A stretch of DNA of 64,000 bases from an uncultured Candidatus Saccharibacteria bacterium (GCA_964618625.1 CAZUBI010000001.1:1940-65939); one strand, 5' to 3'; counted from the stretch's first letter, positions 39,925-49,184 are shown. The notes: generated by a model not told the origin, from the letters alone. A program made the numbers and translations.

Positions 39925-40094
39925 TTGACTTTTAATATAAAATATGCTATATTTATGATATCCTATAATGGGATATTTTTAGTTCTTTGAAAAAGAATAT
40001 TTCTACTATCTGCTATATAACTGATCATTACATATGATTAGTGGTTGGTTATATGGCAGGTAGTTAAAGTATAAAATAAAAAACTTAGAAAGGA
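39925..40094 (+). promoter_or_regulatory. diverged family-2-like promoter and long leader
   Basis: TTGACT-17-TATATT, about 130 nt of leader, then CTTAGAAAGGAGTGAAAAAAATG. Compare TTTAGAAAGGAGTAAGAAAATG in copy 1. Confidence 0.4.
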
Positions 40095-40574
40095 GTGAAA
40101 AAAATGCATAAGAACAAAAAGGTAGATGAGATAAAATTTGAGATGAGTATTAGTGGTATTAGTTGCGATGGTACTCAAAGCGTGTTTTTGAAAGTGTTTG
40201 GTAAAGAGATTGCGCTCAGATATTTTTATGACGGAATTCCCAAAATTTACATTCGTGTAGATGAAAAAGAGAAAGAGATTTCCTTGAAACGAGATCCAGT
40301 ATCCTTTTTCGCTTATCCATTAATGAAGATATTTGAAGTGTCGGAGGAAACAGATAAGGAAATGGATGAAAAAAAAATAAATGTAAAATTCGAGATTTTG
40401 GAAAAACTGTCAAAAGATATAGGAAAAACAGACTATGAGCTCATAATATGTTTCAGACCATTATTGGAATACAACCCAGATAATATAAGATATATTGATG
40501 TTAGCTTTGAGAGTTTAAGGAAGACAGATTATAAGAGGGAGGTAATTTTTGCACATTTTATTCCTAATTACTAA
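40095..40574 (+). CDS. hypothetical protein
   Basis: 159 aa with a strong SD. No recognised domain. Confidence 0.4.
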   Translation: MKKMHKNKKVDEIKFEMSISGISCDGTQSVFLKVFGKEIALRYFYDGIPKIYIRVDEKEKEISLKRDPVSFFAYPLMKIFEVSEETDKEMDEKKINVKFEILEKLSKDIGKTDYELIICFRPLLEYNPDNIRYIDVSFESLRKTDYKREVIFAHFIPNY

Positions 40575-40689
40575 GTTTAAATAATTTTATCGAAGAAGAA
40601 CGGATAATTAATTGATTAAAATTTACATCAAGATATCCGTTTTTTTATTTAAACAGATTTTAATATTGTTAAGCAATTTGAGCCAAAAA

Positions 40690-40776
40690 GGTTCCAACAT
40701 CGTTCCATAGCCCCAGCCGTCTAGTTTTTTTTATCGAGGGACCGAGATACATCAAAATCGCCAAAAAGGCGATTTT
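40690..40776 (+). repeat. cassette junction (Box A + Box B + Box C with TGATAAAAT)
   Basis: GGTTCCAACATCGTTCCATAGCCCCAG CCGTCTAGTTTTTTTTATCGAGGGACCGAGATACATCAAA ATCGCCAAAAAGGCGATTTTTTGATAAAAT. Confidence 0.6.
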
Positions 40777-40805
40777 TTGATAAAATAAATTAATAGTAGA
40801 TAGTT

Positions 40806-41651
40806 ATGAAATTTAAAATTTCCAAAACTAAATTCAAAGGTCCCTTTAATCTAAAATTAACTTTAGATTCTGATCAATGTCCTTCAGATATCTGGTGCCT
40901 TAAAAATGGAAAATATACGACATTTATTGAATTAAAGAATAATTGGATTCCAATAGCAGTTTGGGAAGAAAAAGAAAATCTATTTTTTGAATGTAAAGAA
41001 GATATTTCTGAGAAGCTTCTTTATCATTTTTGGTCAGATTATTATTTATTAAGATTTTATTCTGAGTTTGCTTCAGATAAATATATATCAAAAGCTATTA
41101 ATTTCTGCCAAGGTTTAAGACTAATGCGAGATTGGGATATAAATTACAGGATTATTGAAGCAATCTTAACTCAAAATGCTTCTGTCAAACAAATTAGAAA
41201 TATGGAGAGTAATTTGAGAAATTTTTATGGCAATCAACATACTTTTAATTTGGAAGAAATTGCAAATGCAAACGAAAAGAAGATTCAGAAGAAATGTAAA
41301 GTTGGATATAGGGCAAAATATCTTATAAGTGTAGCCAGAAAAATTTTAAATAACGAATTAAACATTGAGCAAATAAAAGAAATGGATAGCACTGATGCAA
41401 GGAGATTACTAACAGATATTGAAGGAATAGGACCAAAGGTTGCAGATATAATTTTACTTTATGGATTCGGCAAAATAGATACTTTTCCAATGGACGTTTG
41501 GTTAAGAAGGGCATTGACTAGAGAATATTTTAAAGGAGAACAAACTTCGGATAAAAAACTAAGAGAGTTTGCTCTGAATTATTTTGGCAGGCATGCTGGA
41601 ATAGCGCATTTATACATGTTTTATTACGAAAGGAAAATTAAATCTTCATAA
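40806..41651 (+). CDS. 8-oxoguanine DNA glycosylase/AP lyase (Ogg, HhH-GPD)
   Basis: KVGYRAKYL, then HhH DIEGIGPKVADIILLYGFG with the catalytic Lys, and FPMDVWL with the Asp. Confidence 0.65.
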   Translation: MKFKISKTKFKGPFNLKLTLDSDQCPSDIWCLKNGKYTTFIELKNNWIPIAVWEEKENLFFECKEDISEKLLYHFWSDYYLLRFYSEFASDKYISKAINFCQGLRLMRDWDINYRIIEAILTQNASVKQIRNMESNLRNFYGNQHTFNLEEIANANEKKIQKKCKVGYRAKYLISVARKILNNELNIEQIKEMDSTDARRLLTDIEGIGPKVADIILLYGFGKIDTFPMDVWLRRALTREYFKGEQTSDKKLREFALNYFGRHAGIAHLYMFYYERKIKSS

Positions 41652-41655
41652 TAAA

Positions 41656-41682
41656 GGTCCCAACATCATTTCATAGCCCCAG
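41656..41682 (+). repeat. Box A only copy (variant)
   Basis: GGTCCCAACATCATTTCATAGCCCCAG. Confidence 0.5.
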
Positions 41683-41721
41683 CACGAGTTAGTATAGTAT
41701 CAAGAAACTAATGTTATAAAT

Positions 41722-42381
41722 ATGGAAAACAACCTACAAAATATTAAAGCTGTGATCTTTGATGTTGATGGCACTTTATCTTCTCAAATATCGTGGACAG
41801 CTCTCACAAAAGATTTAGGAGCATCAGTCGAGAAACATCTTGAGATTTTTAAAGAGTTTAAAGAACAAAAGACCACATATGAGGTATCCAAGAAAAAACT
41901 TTTGATATTATGGAAAGAAACTGGTAATGCCAAACGACAATTTTTAGAACAGCTATTTATAAACTGGCCACTCAGAAAAGACGCAGAAGAAATCATTTCA
42001 TTTTTAAAAAATAAAGAATATCTTCTGTGTATTATAACTGGCTCTTTTGATTTATATGCACAAATTATTGCCAAAAGATTAGGGATTAAGTATTATTTTG
42101 CAAACACAAAACTTGATTGGGATTCTAAAGGGAATCTTACTGATTTTCATTATTTTAAAGATCAAGCGTCCAAGAAATTAGAGCAATTTACTGAATTTTG
42201 TAAAATGCAAAATATAAAGTCGGAAAACTGTGTGGCCGTTGGCGATGATGAAAATAATATTAAACTTTTTAAAATCATGAAAGGTATAGCTGTAAAATCG
42301 ATTCATTCTGAACCACTAGAAGAAATTGCTTGGAAGACAATAAATAACCTTTTAGAACTAAAAGAGATTTTAAGTAGATGA
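41722..42381 (+). CDS. HAD-IB hydrolase (phosphoserine phosphatase-like)
   Basis: Motif I VIFDVDGTL, motif II ITGS, and motif IV VAVGDDENNIKLF. Confidence 0.7.
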   Translation: MENNLQNIKAVIFDVDGTLSSQISWTALTKDLGASVEKHLEIFKEFKEQKTTYEVSKKKLLILWKETGNAKRQFLEQLFINWPLRKDAEEIISFLKNKEYLLCIITGSFDLYAQIIAKRLGIKYYFANTKLDWDSKGNLTDFHYFKDQASKKLEQFTEFCKMQNIKSENCVAVGDDENNIKLFKIMKGIAVKSIHSEPLEEIAWKTINNLLELKEILSR

Positions 42382-42481
42382 GTTAATCCATTACAGGGTT
42401 GTACCACTTTTTAGTATGCTTGGAATCTGTCGTTGTGGTAAAAAATCAGCTTTTATCGAGAGATCGAGATACACAATCGAC

Positions 42482-42605
42482 TGTTGACCCATAATCTATA
42501 ATCTGGTATTATATAAATGATAAAAGGTAGTCTGAAAAGGTTATTTTTTAAAATTTCAATTGCACTCTTGAAAATTAAAAAAATTTTAGATAAGGAGGAA
42601 AAATA
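42482..42605 (+). promoter_or_regulatory. family-2 conserved promoter and long 5' leader, copy 2
   Basis: TTGACC-17-TATTAT, then the leader, then TTGCACTCTTGAAAATTAAAAAAATTTTAGATAAGGAGG. Preceded by a Box B-like TTTTATCGAGAGATCGAGATACACAATCG. Confidence 0.55.
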
Positions 42606-42728
42606 AATGAATAAAATGATAGAAAAAGTGTTATATCAAGCATGCAAAAATAAAAGAGATATTCTTTGTTTAATACCCAAGGAAGGAGGAAATCTTGCGC
42701 TAGCATTTTCTGCACCTAATATGATTAA
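42606..42728 (+). CDS. small ORF (40 aa)
   Basis: Strong SD AAGGAGG 8 nt upstream. First ORF after the family-2 leader. Not in the ORF track because it is under 60 aa. Confidence 0.25.
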
Positions 42729-42776
42729 ACTTTCTTTAGAAAAAGATAGAAAAAATAAAAAAGGAGGTAAAAGAAA

Positions 42777-43205
42777 ATGAAAAAAGATGTAAGTAATATA
42801 GTATCTTTAAAAATTGTTCTTATTCGAATACAAAATCTGCATAAGAAGATTTCTCAAGAAGAAGATATGGCAATAGATATGAATCAACATGCCAATCTTT
42901 ATTTCAAAAAACAAATGACAATTTTTAGGAAATTACTTAAAGAATTGGGTAAGAGAATTTATAAAGAAACTAGATCTAAATCAGACGGTATGAAATTCAT
43001 AACATCTAATGTTAAAAAGGTGAAATGTAGAATTACTGAAAAAGGGCAAATAGTTGGAGAAATATTTTTTGATTTTTATCCTTTCCATTTGGAAAATTTT
43101 GTTAAGAAAAACAAATTGAGTTTTGTAAAAAAAGTAGCAGTTCTATTAGAGATACCTAAAGAATATATTGATATACGTTTTCACATGACGGAAGATGCAA
43201 AATAG
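42777..43205 (+). CDS. hypothetical protein
   Basis: 142 aa, SD AAGGAGG upstream. Confidence 0.4.
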   Translation: MKKDVSNIVSLKIVLIRIQNLHKKISQEEDMAIDMNQHANLYFKKQMTIFRKLLKELGKRIYKETRSKSDGMKFITSNVKKVKCRITEKGQIVGEIFFDFYPFHLENFVKKNKLSFVKKVAVLLEIPKEYIDIRFHMTEDAK

Positions 43206-43260
43206 GGGAAGTGAAGAAAAATGAAGAAACTAAAATCTAAACAATAAAGGAGAGGGAGAA

Positions 43261-43467
43261 ATGACGACTAATAAATATCTTGTGATTTATTGGGAGCATG
43301 GATCGGATGGAACTGGGAAAAGTATTATAAAGCACTGTAAAGAAAATACAAACCAATATATTTGGCTGACCAAGGAAGAAGCATTGCAAGCCTATGCAGA
43401 AGCAAAGAGGCAGAAGAAGCAGAATCTTATGATTTTAAAGAGAGTCGTGAGTTTTGAGAGGAGGTAA
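43261..43467 (+). CDS. hypothetical small protein
   Basis: 68 aa, SD AAGGAGAGGGAG upstream. Confidence 0.35.
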   Translation: MTTNKYLVIYWEHGSDGTGKSIIKHCKENTNQYIWLTKEEALQAYAEAKRQKKQNLMILKRVVSFERR

Positions 43468-43602
43468 AAATGATAATCGAAGGGAGCTCTTCAAATTCCA
43501 TTAAGGATTTTGTAGGATCTCCCTTTTTTATTATCTAAAACAGGTTCTAGCTCTTCGGAAAGCTCAGAGCATAGTAAAGTTCAATTCTGGGAGCGGGTTT
43601 TT

Positions 43603-43635
43603 AAAATCGCCAGAAAGATGATTTTTTGGTATTAT
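43603..43635 (+). terminator. degenerate Box C (TGGTATTAT)
   Basis: AAAATCGCCAGAAAGATGATTTTTTGGTATTAT, 8 nt before the ATG at 43644. Confidence 0.4.
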
Positions 43636-43643
43636 AGAGATAT

Positions 43644-43958
43644 ATGGAAGAAAAACATATAGCAATGTGTGGATTAGAATGTAATACTTGCGAAGCATTC
43701 ATTGCTACAAAAAATAATAATTATGATTTAAGAAAGAAAGTTGCAAAGGAATGGACAGAAAGATATAAAATCAATCCCCCTTTAGAGCCGAGGGATATTA
43801 ATTGTCGGGGTTGTTTATCGCAATACGGACCATTGTATAGAAATTGTCTTTTGTGTGAAGTTAGAAAATGTGGATTTAGTAGAGGGATTAAAAATTGTAA
43901 AGAATGTAAAGATTATAAATGCGATAAGCTCACAAATCTACAAAATAATCTTTTTTAG
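43644..43958 (+). CDS. Cys-rich DUF3795-like protein
   Basis: CGLECNTCEAF, CRGC, CLLCEVRKC, CKECKDYKCDKL. Confidence 0.45.
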   Translation: MEEKHIAMCGLECNTCEAFIATKNNNYDLRKKVAKEWTERYKINPPLEPRDINCRGCLSQYGPLYRNCLLCEVRKCGFSRGIKNCKECKDYKCDKLTNLQNNLF

Positions 43959-43977
43959 AGAAGAAAATCTTAGAAAA

Positions 43978-44072
43978 GTTCCAACATCGTTCCAGAGGGC
44001 CAGCTGTCTAGTTTTTTTATCAAAAGACCGAGATACATTAAAATCGCCAAAAAGGCGATTTTTTGGTAGAAT
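43978..44072 (+). repeat. cassette junction (variant Box A + Box B + Box C)
   Basis: AGTTCCAACATCGTTCCAGAGGGCCAG CTGTCTAGTTTTTTTATCAAAAGACCGAGATACATTAAA ATCGCCAAAAAGGCGATTTTTTGGTAGAAT. Confidence 0.6.
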
Positions 44073-44081
44073 ATAGATAAT

Positions 44082-45236
44082 ATGGAAGAGCTATATTCAG
44101 ATATTATTAAATTCACGAAACAATTAGTAGAAACACCATCTCAGAATGGTATTGATTCTGAAAAAAGAATGGCTGATTTGGTATCTGCGAAACTATTTCA
44201 ATTTGGTTTTTCTCCTAAAATTATAGGAAATAAAGAACATCCATCTGCATTTTGTAAAATTAGGAAAAATCCAAAAGGGAAGACTATTTGGCTTGAATCT
44301 TGTCTTGATACTATACCGGCTGGAGATATAAAAAAATGGAAATATCAACCTCTTAAAGCCACAATTAAAGGTTCAAAGATGTATGGGAGAGGCGTAGCCG
44401 ATTCTAAAGTTGGAATAGCTCTTTTTTCTTATTTGGCTAAAGAACTTTATAATAATCCAGAATTTAAGGGAAATATTGTTCTTGGTTTTGATGCTAATGA
44501 ACAAAGTGGAGAATATTCTGGTATAAGAGATATTATAAAATATAAAAAACCAGAAGCTGACGTCTGTATTTTGGGCTATCAAGGTATAGACGAAATTTCT
44601 ATTGGAATGAGGGGTTGGTTAAGATTACAGATTATCACTAAGGGAAAGGCAGCTCATACAGGGAGCAGAAGCAAGAAAGGTAACAATGCGATTCATCAAA
44701 TGACAGAGGTTATTGCGGCCTTAAGGAAATTAAATCTTGGAAGCAAGAAAGGACCATATTTTGAATATGGTTCTAATTTTAATGTATCACTTATTGAAGG
44801 AGGTATTTCTATAAATATTGTTCCTGATGAATGTAAAATAAAGATTGATATAAGATTTCTGCCATCACAAACAAAACAAGAAATTTTAGATAAAATATCC
44901 AAGACATTAAAAGGATTAACAAAGAAAAAGCCTAATATTTATTACGAAATAGAATTTTTGCGATCTGAACCTTCTTTCCTAACTAATCCCAAAGATAAAT
45001 TTGTAAAATTATTACAGAAAATAGCTCAGGATGAACTAAAAACCAGCATTCCAATTGTTACGAGTGGAGCAGGTAGCGTAGGAAGTGTTATTACTAAACT
45101 TAACATACCGATAATAAATTGTTTTGGTTGTAAAAGTAATAATATTCATGCTCCAAATGAATGGATAGATATTAACACTGTGCCTAAAGTCTTTGAAATT
45201 TACAAAAAAGTAATTTTAGAGTTTTGCAAAGATTAG
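44082..45236 (+). CDS. M20 family metallopeptidase (ArgE/DapE-like)
   Basis: DTIPAGD, GRGVADSKVG, the EQSGEYSG metal-ligand region, and a dimerisation insert. Confidence 0.75.
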   Translation: MEELYSDIIKFTKQLVETPSQNGIDSEKRMADLVSAKLFQFGFSPKIIGNKEHPSAFCKIRKNPKGKTIWLESCLDTIPAGDIKKWKYQPLKATIKGSKMYGRGVADSKVGIALFSYLAKELYNNPEFKGNIVLGFDANEQSGEYSGIRDIIKYKKPEADVCILGYQGIDEISIGMRGWLRLQIITKGKAAHTGSRSKKGNNAIHQMTEVIAALRKLNLGSKKGPYFEYGSNFNVSLIEGGISINIVPDECKIKIDIRFLPSQTKQEILDKISKTLKGLTKKKPNIYYEIEFLRSEPSFLTNPKDKFVKLLQKIAQDELKTSIPIVTSGAGSVGSVITKLNIPIINCFGCKSNNIHAPNEWIDINTVPKVFEIYKKVILEFCKD

Positions 45237-45260
45237 TTTTTGATTATTTTCTATAAAATA

Positions 45261-45326
45261 GGTTCCAACATCGTCCCATAGCCCCAGCAAATTAGAATCG
45301 CCAAAAAGGCGATTTTTTGGTAGAAT
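45261..45326 (+). repeat. cassette junction (Box A + Box C)
   Basis: GGTTCCAACATCGTCCCATAGCCCCAGCAAATTAGAATCGCCAAAAAGGCGATTTTTTGGTAGAAT. Confidence 0.6.
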
Positions 45327-45335
45327 AGAAATAAT

Positions 45336-45842
45336 ATGGAAGATGAATATTTAGATATAGTTGATGAGAATGATAATGTCAAAAGCAAAGACACGAGGGA
45401 GAATATTTGGAAAAGAGGATTAGAGCACAATGTAAGAGTTGTAAATATTTTTATTTTTAATTCAAAAGGGGAATTACTTCTGCCAAAAAGGTCAATGAAT
45501 AGAAGGATTTTTCCAGGATGTTATGATTTTTCTTGTGGCGAGCATGTTCAAGCTGGAGAAGATTATTATGATGCTGCACTCCGAGGATTAAAAGAGGAAT
45601 TAGGAATCGTAGATCAAAAATTAGTTGAGTTGGGAAAAATAACTCCAAAAGAAGGAGTAAATTGTTTTATGAAAGTATATAAATTAACCTATGATGGAGA
45701 AATAAATAAGTATGATAAAAACGGAATTGATAATTTATTCTGGTATGATTTAATAACAATAAAAAAGATAATTAAAGAAGATAAGAATAAATTTAAAACA
45801 GATTTCCCGATTGTTTTAGAATGGCTACAGCAATTTAGTTGA
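45336..45842 (+). CDS. Nudix hydrolase
   Basis: Nudix box GGEHVQAGEDYYDAALRGLKEELGI. Confidence 0.7.
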   Translation: MEDEYLDIVDENDNVKSKDTRENIWKRGLEHNVRVVNIFIFNSKGELLLPKRSMNRRIFPGCYDFSCGEHVQAGEDYYDAALRGLKEELGIVDQKLVELGKITPKEGVNCFMKVYKLTYDGEINKYDKNGIDNLFWYDLITIKKIIKEDKNKFKTDFPIVLEWLQQFS

Positions 45843-45907
45843 GATAAGACGAGAAGGAATTTTTTTATACTGCCTCATTTATCTTATTTGTGATAAAATA
45901 ACTTCAA

Positions 45908-45952
45908 TCAAGATACGTCGAAATCGCTAAAGAGGCGATTTTTTGGTAGAAT
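45908..45952 (+). terminator. Box B-like + Box C
   Basis: CAAGATACGTCGAAATCGCTAAAGAGGCGATTTTTTGGTAGAAT, 6 nt before the ATG at 45959. Confidence 0.5.
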
Positions 45953-45958
45953 AAGAAT

Positions 45959-46381
45959 ATGAAAATTATAATTGGTGGAAGTATGACTTTCGCCCGAGAA
46001 CAACTTGAAGTCAAAGAAACGTTAGAAAAAAATGGGCACAGTGTTTCATTGACTGATAATATAGAAGATTATGCTAATCATCCTAATATTAAGAAAAGTT
46101 TTAAGGAGGAACTTCAGTTATGTTTGAAAGATGACATTATGAGAAGTTTTTTTAATAAGATCGCGGAAAGCGATGCTTTTTTAGTTTGTAATTACCCAAA
46201 TAAGAAAATTGAAGGATATATAGGAATATCTGTTTTAATGGAACTTGGTCTAGCTTACTATTTAAATAAAAAGATTTATTTACTCTACGAAATTGATCAA
46301 TCACAGAAATATGCTTTAGAGGTAGCGATTATAAATCCTGTAATTCTGAATGGAGACTTGTCCAAGATTGATAGTATCTAG
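45959..46381 (+). CDS. nucleoside 2-deoxyribosyltransferase-like fold protein
   Basis: N-terminal IIGGSMTF (compare YFGAGWF) and the catalytic-Glu context GISVLMELGLAYYLNKKIYLL. The family includes NDT, LOG and nucleotide N-glycosidases. Confidence 0.45.
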   Translation: MKIIIGGSMTFAREQLEVKETLEKNGHSVSLTDNIEDYANHPNIKKSFKEELQLCLKDDIMRSFFNKIAESDAFLVCNYPNKKIEGYIGISVLMELGLAYYLNKKIYLLYEIDQSQKYALEVAIINPVILNGDLSKIDSI

Positions 46382-46390
46382 GGGAAAAAA

Positions 46391-46456
46391 GGTTCCAACA
46401 TCGTTCCATAGCTTCAGCGAATTATAATCGCCAAAAAGGGGATTTTTTGGTAGAAT
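46391..46456 (+). repeat. cassette junction (Box A + imperfect Box C)
   Basis: GGTTCCAACATCGTTCCATAGCTTCAGCGAATTATAATCGCCAAAAAGGGGATTTTTTGGTAGAAT. Confidence 0.6.
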
Positions 46457-46464
46457 AGAACAAT

Positions 46465-46899
46465 ATGAAAAATATAACTAAAAAAGATCAAAAACTTATA
46501 GAAGAAGCAAAGCGTGTCGCAAAAAAGTTTTCAAAAGAAATTTGGTTTTCAAAAATAACTCACAAAAAGAGGAAAATTTCTACCGTCGGTGCTGCCTTAA
46601 GAACAAAAAAAGGAATTGTATACTCCGGTCCAAATATTTATCATCCTTACTCTAGTTCCTCATCAATATGTGCTGAATATACTGTAATTGCAAAAACATA
46701 TAGTGAAGGACATAGAGATATTGATACAATCGTCGCTTGCTGGTACAAAGGAAAGCCTAATCGGGATATATTACCGCCTTGCGGGCAATGTAGAGAGCTT
46801 TTGAGATTATTTGGAGATCCTTGGATAATTATTCAAACAGAAAGTGGGGTTAAAAAAGAAAAACTTAGTAAACTTCTGCCCTATGGAGACGATTTTTAA
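46465..46899 (+). CDS. cytidine/deoxycytidine deaminase family protein (small tetrameric type)
   Basis: Zinc ligands in HPYSSSSSICAEYTVI (CAE) and PPCGQCREL (PCxxC). Confidence 0.7.
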   Translation: MKNITKKDQKLIEEAKRVAKKFSKEIWFSKITHKKRKISTVGAALRTKKGIVYSGPNIYHPYSSSSSICAEYTVIAKTYSEGHRDIDTIVACWYKGKPNRDILPPCGQCRELLRLFGDPWIIIQTESGVKKEKLSKLLPYGDDF

Positions 46900-46922
46900 A
46901 TTTAATAAATATTAATCAAAAA

Positions 46923-46988
46923 GGTTCCAACATCGTTCCATAGCCCCAGCAAATTAGAATCGCCAAAAAGGCGATTTTTTGGTAGAAT
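46923..46988 (+). repeat. cassette junction (Box A + Box C), consensus copy
   Basis: GGTTCCAACATCGTTCCATAGCCCCAGCAAATTAGAATCGCCAAAAAGGCGATTTTTTGGTAGAAT. Confidence 0.6.
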
Positions 46989-46995
46989 AAGGTAT

Positions 46996-48408
46996 ATGAA
47001 ATTACAATCAATTAACCCCACAACGAAAGAATCTTTAGGAGAATTTGAATCATATTCCGAAGGAATGGTTTTTGATGCAGTTGAAAAAGCCAGAAAATCT
47101 TTTGAAGAATGGAAAAATACCTCTATTTCCAAAAGAGAAAACATCATAAAGAATTTTTCTCGAATACTTGTTAAAAAGAGAAATGAGGTTGCAGAGCTTA
47201 TAACAAAAGAGACGGGAAAACCCATAATAGAGTCGGAGGGGGAAGTGGATGAAATTTTTGGATTAACAGAGTGGTTTTTAAAGGAGACGAAGAATATCAT
47301 TAAAGATGAAAACATTAAACTTGATGTAGATAATGCTTCCGCAAAAGTAAAATTTGAACCAATAGGCGTCGTGGGACTAATTACTCCTTGGAATTTCCCG
47401 ATTAGCACTCCAGCTTGGAAAATAATTCCAGCTTTATTAACGGGTAATACCGTAGTTTTTAAACCTTCTGAACTTTCAACATTTTGTGGTCTAAAGATAG
47501 ATGAAATACTAAAAGAAGCTGGTTTACCAAAAGGTATATTCAACACGATTACTGGAGATGGCAGAACTGGGAAAGATCTCGTTGTCTCCAAAGTGAATAT
47601 GATATCCTTTACTGGTAGTAGTGTGGTCGGTAAAGATGTAGCAGGTAATTCGGGCAAGGGTTTAAAAAAAGTTGTTTTAGAATTAGGTGGCAGTGACCCT
47701 TGTATTATTTTTGATGATGCAATTTTAGAGCAAGCTATTAACGCTGCTTTATTTGGTAGGTTTTTGAATTGCGGTCAGGTTTGCACTGCAGCAAAAAGGA
47801 TTTTTGTTGATAGAAAGATATACGATTCTTTTATTAAGAAATTTGTTCAAAAAGTAAAAGTTTTGAAAATTGGTAATCCATTGGAGAGGAAAACAGAAAT
47901 TGGACCAATCGTGAGTAAAGCTCAATTAGAGAATTTGGAAATTCAAGTAAAGGATGCTATTAACAAAGGAGCTAAACTTCTTTGTGGTGGCAAGAGATTA
48001 GAAGGCAAAGCATATTTCTATGAGCCAACTGTATTAACGGATATCGCAGACGAAATGTTAGTAGCAAAAGAAGAAGTTTTTGGCCCAGTTGCTTCTATAT
48101 TTAGTTTTGATTCTATGGAAGAAGCAATTAAGATGGCGAACAATACAAAATATGGTTTAGGAGCTTCTATTTGGACGAAAGATAGTGAGAAAGCAGAGAA
48201 AGTTGCAAATAGTATTGAAAGCGGAATGGTTTGGATAAATGATTTCGGGACGCCCTATCCGCAGTGTCCCCAGGGTGGCATAAAGGAAAGTGGGATAGGC
48301 AGAGAGTTGTCTAAATACGGTATTTTAGAATTTTGTAGCATGAAAACAATTATAAATTCTAAAGATGAGACGGTTAAAAAACCTTGGTGGTTTCCGTATA
48401 ATTCATAA
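46996..48408 (+). CDS. NAD(P)-dependent aldehyde dehydrogenase
   Basis: ELGGSDP, FLNCGQVCTA (catalytic Cys), and the GTPYPQ C-terminal region. Confidence 0.85.
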   Translation: MKLQSINPTTKESLGEFESYSEGMVFDAVEKARKSFEEWKNTSISKRENIIKNFSRILVKKRNEVAELITKETGKPIIESEGEVDEIFGLTEWFLKETKNIIKDENIKLDVDNASAKVKFEPIGVVGLITPWNFPISTPAWKIIPALLTGNTVVFKPSELSTFCGLKIDEILKEAGLPKGIFNTITGDGRTGKDLVVSKVNMISFTGSSVVGKDVAGNSGKGLKKVVLELGGSDPCIIFDDAILEQAINAALFGRFLNCGQVCTAAKRIFVDRKIYDSFIKKFVQKVKVLKIGNPLERKTEIGPIVSKAQLENLEIQVKDAINKGAKLLCGGKRLEGKAYFYEPTVLTDIADEMLVAKEEVFGPVASIFSFDSMEEAIKMANNTKYGLGASIWTKDSEKAEKVANSIESGMVWINDFGTPYPQCPQGGIKESGIGRELSKYGILEFCSMKTIINSKDETVKKPWWFPYNS

Positions 48409-48415
48409 CTAAACA

Positions 48416-48481
48416 GGTTCCAACATCGTTCCATGGCCCCAGCAAATTAGAATCGCCAAAGAGACGATTTTTTGGTAGAAT
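48416..48481 (+). repeat. cassette junction (Box A + Box C), last copy
   Basis: GGTTCCAACATCGTTCCATGGCCCCAGCAAATTAGAATCGCCAAAGAGACGATTTTTTGGTAGAAT. Confidence 0.6.
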
Positions 48482-48489
48482 TAGAGAAT

Positions 48490-49113
48490 ATGAAAAAAAT
48501 CTGCATAGACCCAGGACATCCATCATACTTCAGAGGAACCCAAAAAATAAATTGGGGCTGTGTACAAGGTGATGTGAAAGAGGTGGAATTAAATCTCATA
48601 TTAGCCAATTTATTGAAAGATATACTACAAAAGAAAGATTTTGTCACAGTTTTAACAAGGTATGATAATAAGAAAGTTGTTTCCAATAAAGATAGAGCAA
48701 GAATTGCAAAAGATTTTAATGCTGATCTATTTTTAAGAATTCACGCCAACAATAGGGGAGATGAGAATACCATAGTGAGCGGTGTGAAAACAATTTATCC
48801 GCCTCCTACTGCCAAAGCTATTTCAGTACAATCCTATGCAATAGCCTTAAGTATACATAGAGAAATCATAAAAAAGACAGGGTTAGTAGATAGAAGTGTC
48901 TGTGATGATCGTATAACTGCTCGCAAGAATGAGTTGGGTATGCTTATAGGAACATATTGGGCAAACAAGTATAAGATACCGACAGTGCTAATTGAAACGG
49001 TTTACCTTTCTAACCCAGAAAATAGACGATGGATTTTAAAATCAGCAAATCAGAAGTTAATGATGGAAGCTGTGGCAAAAGGAATAGAGCAATATTTTAA
49101 AGGAAAAGGATAA
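48490..49113 (+). CDS. N-acetylmuramoyl-L-alanine amidase (Amidase_3-like)
   Basis: KICIDPGH, DLFLRIHANN. Start moved to the ATG after the Box C promoter. Confidence 0.65.
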   Translation: MKKICIDPGHPSYFRGTQKINWGCVQGDVKEVELNLILANLLKDILQKKDFVTVLTRYDNKKVVSNKDRARIAKDFNADLFLRIHANNRGDENTIVSGVKTIYPPPTAKAISVQSYAIALSIHREIIKKTGLVDRSVCDDRITARKNELGMLIGTYWANKYKIPTVLIETVYLSNPENRRWILKSANQKLMMEAVAKGIEQYFKGKG

Positions 49114-49184
49114 AATTCGGCGTAACATTATTGCAATTTAAATAAATTTATAAAAAAATATGAAAAAAGATAAACTAGATTCAA

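Noticed and set aside
29387-48481. Junction repeats as integron attC sites, or the island as a classical integron
   Set aside because: There are no paired RYYYAAC/GTTRRRY core sites and no extended imperfect palindrome of attC type. No intI-like integrase was found anywhere in the window. The only strong palindrome is a short terminator hairpin.
29387-48481. CRISPR array
   Set aside because: The repeats are separated by whole genes of 300-1400 bp rather than 25-50 bp spacers. They are not short and palindromic at regular spacing, and there are no cas genes.
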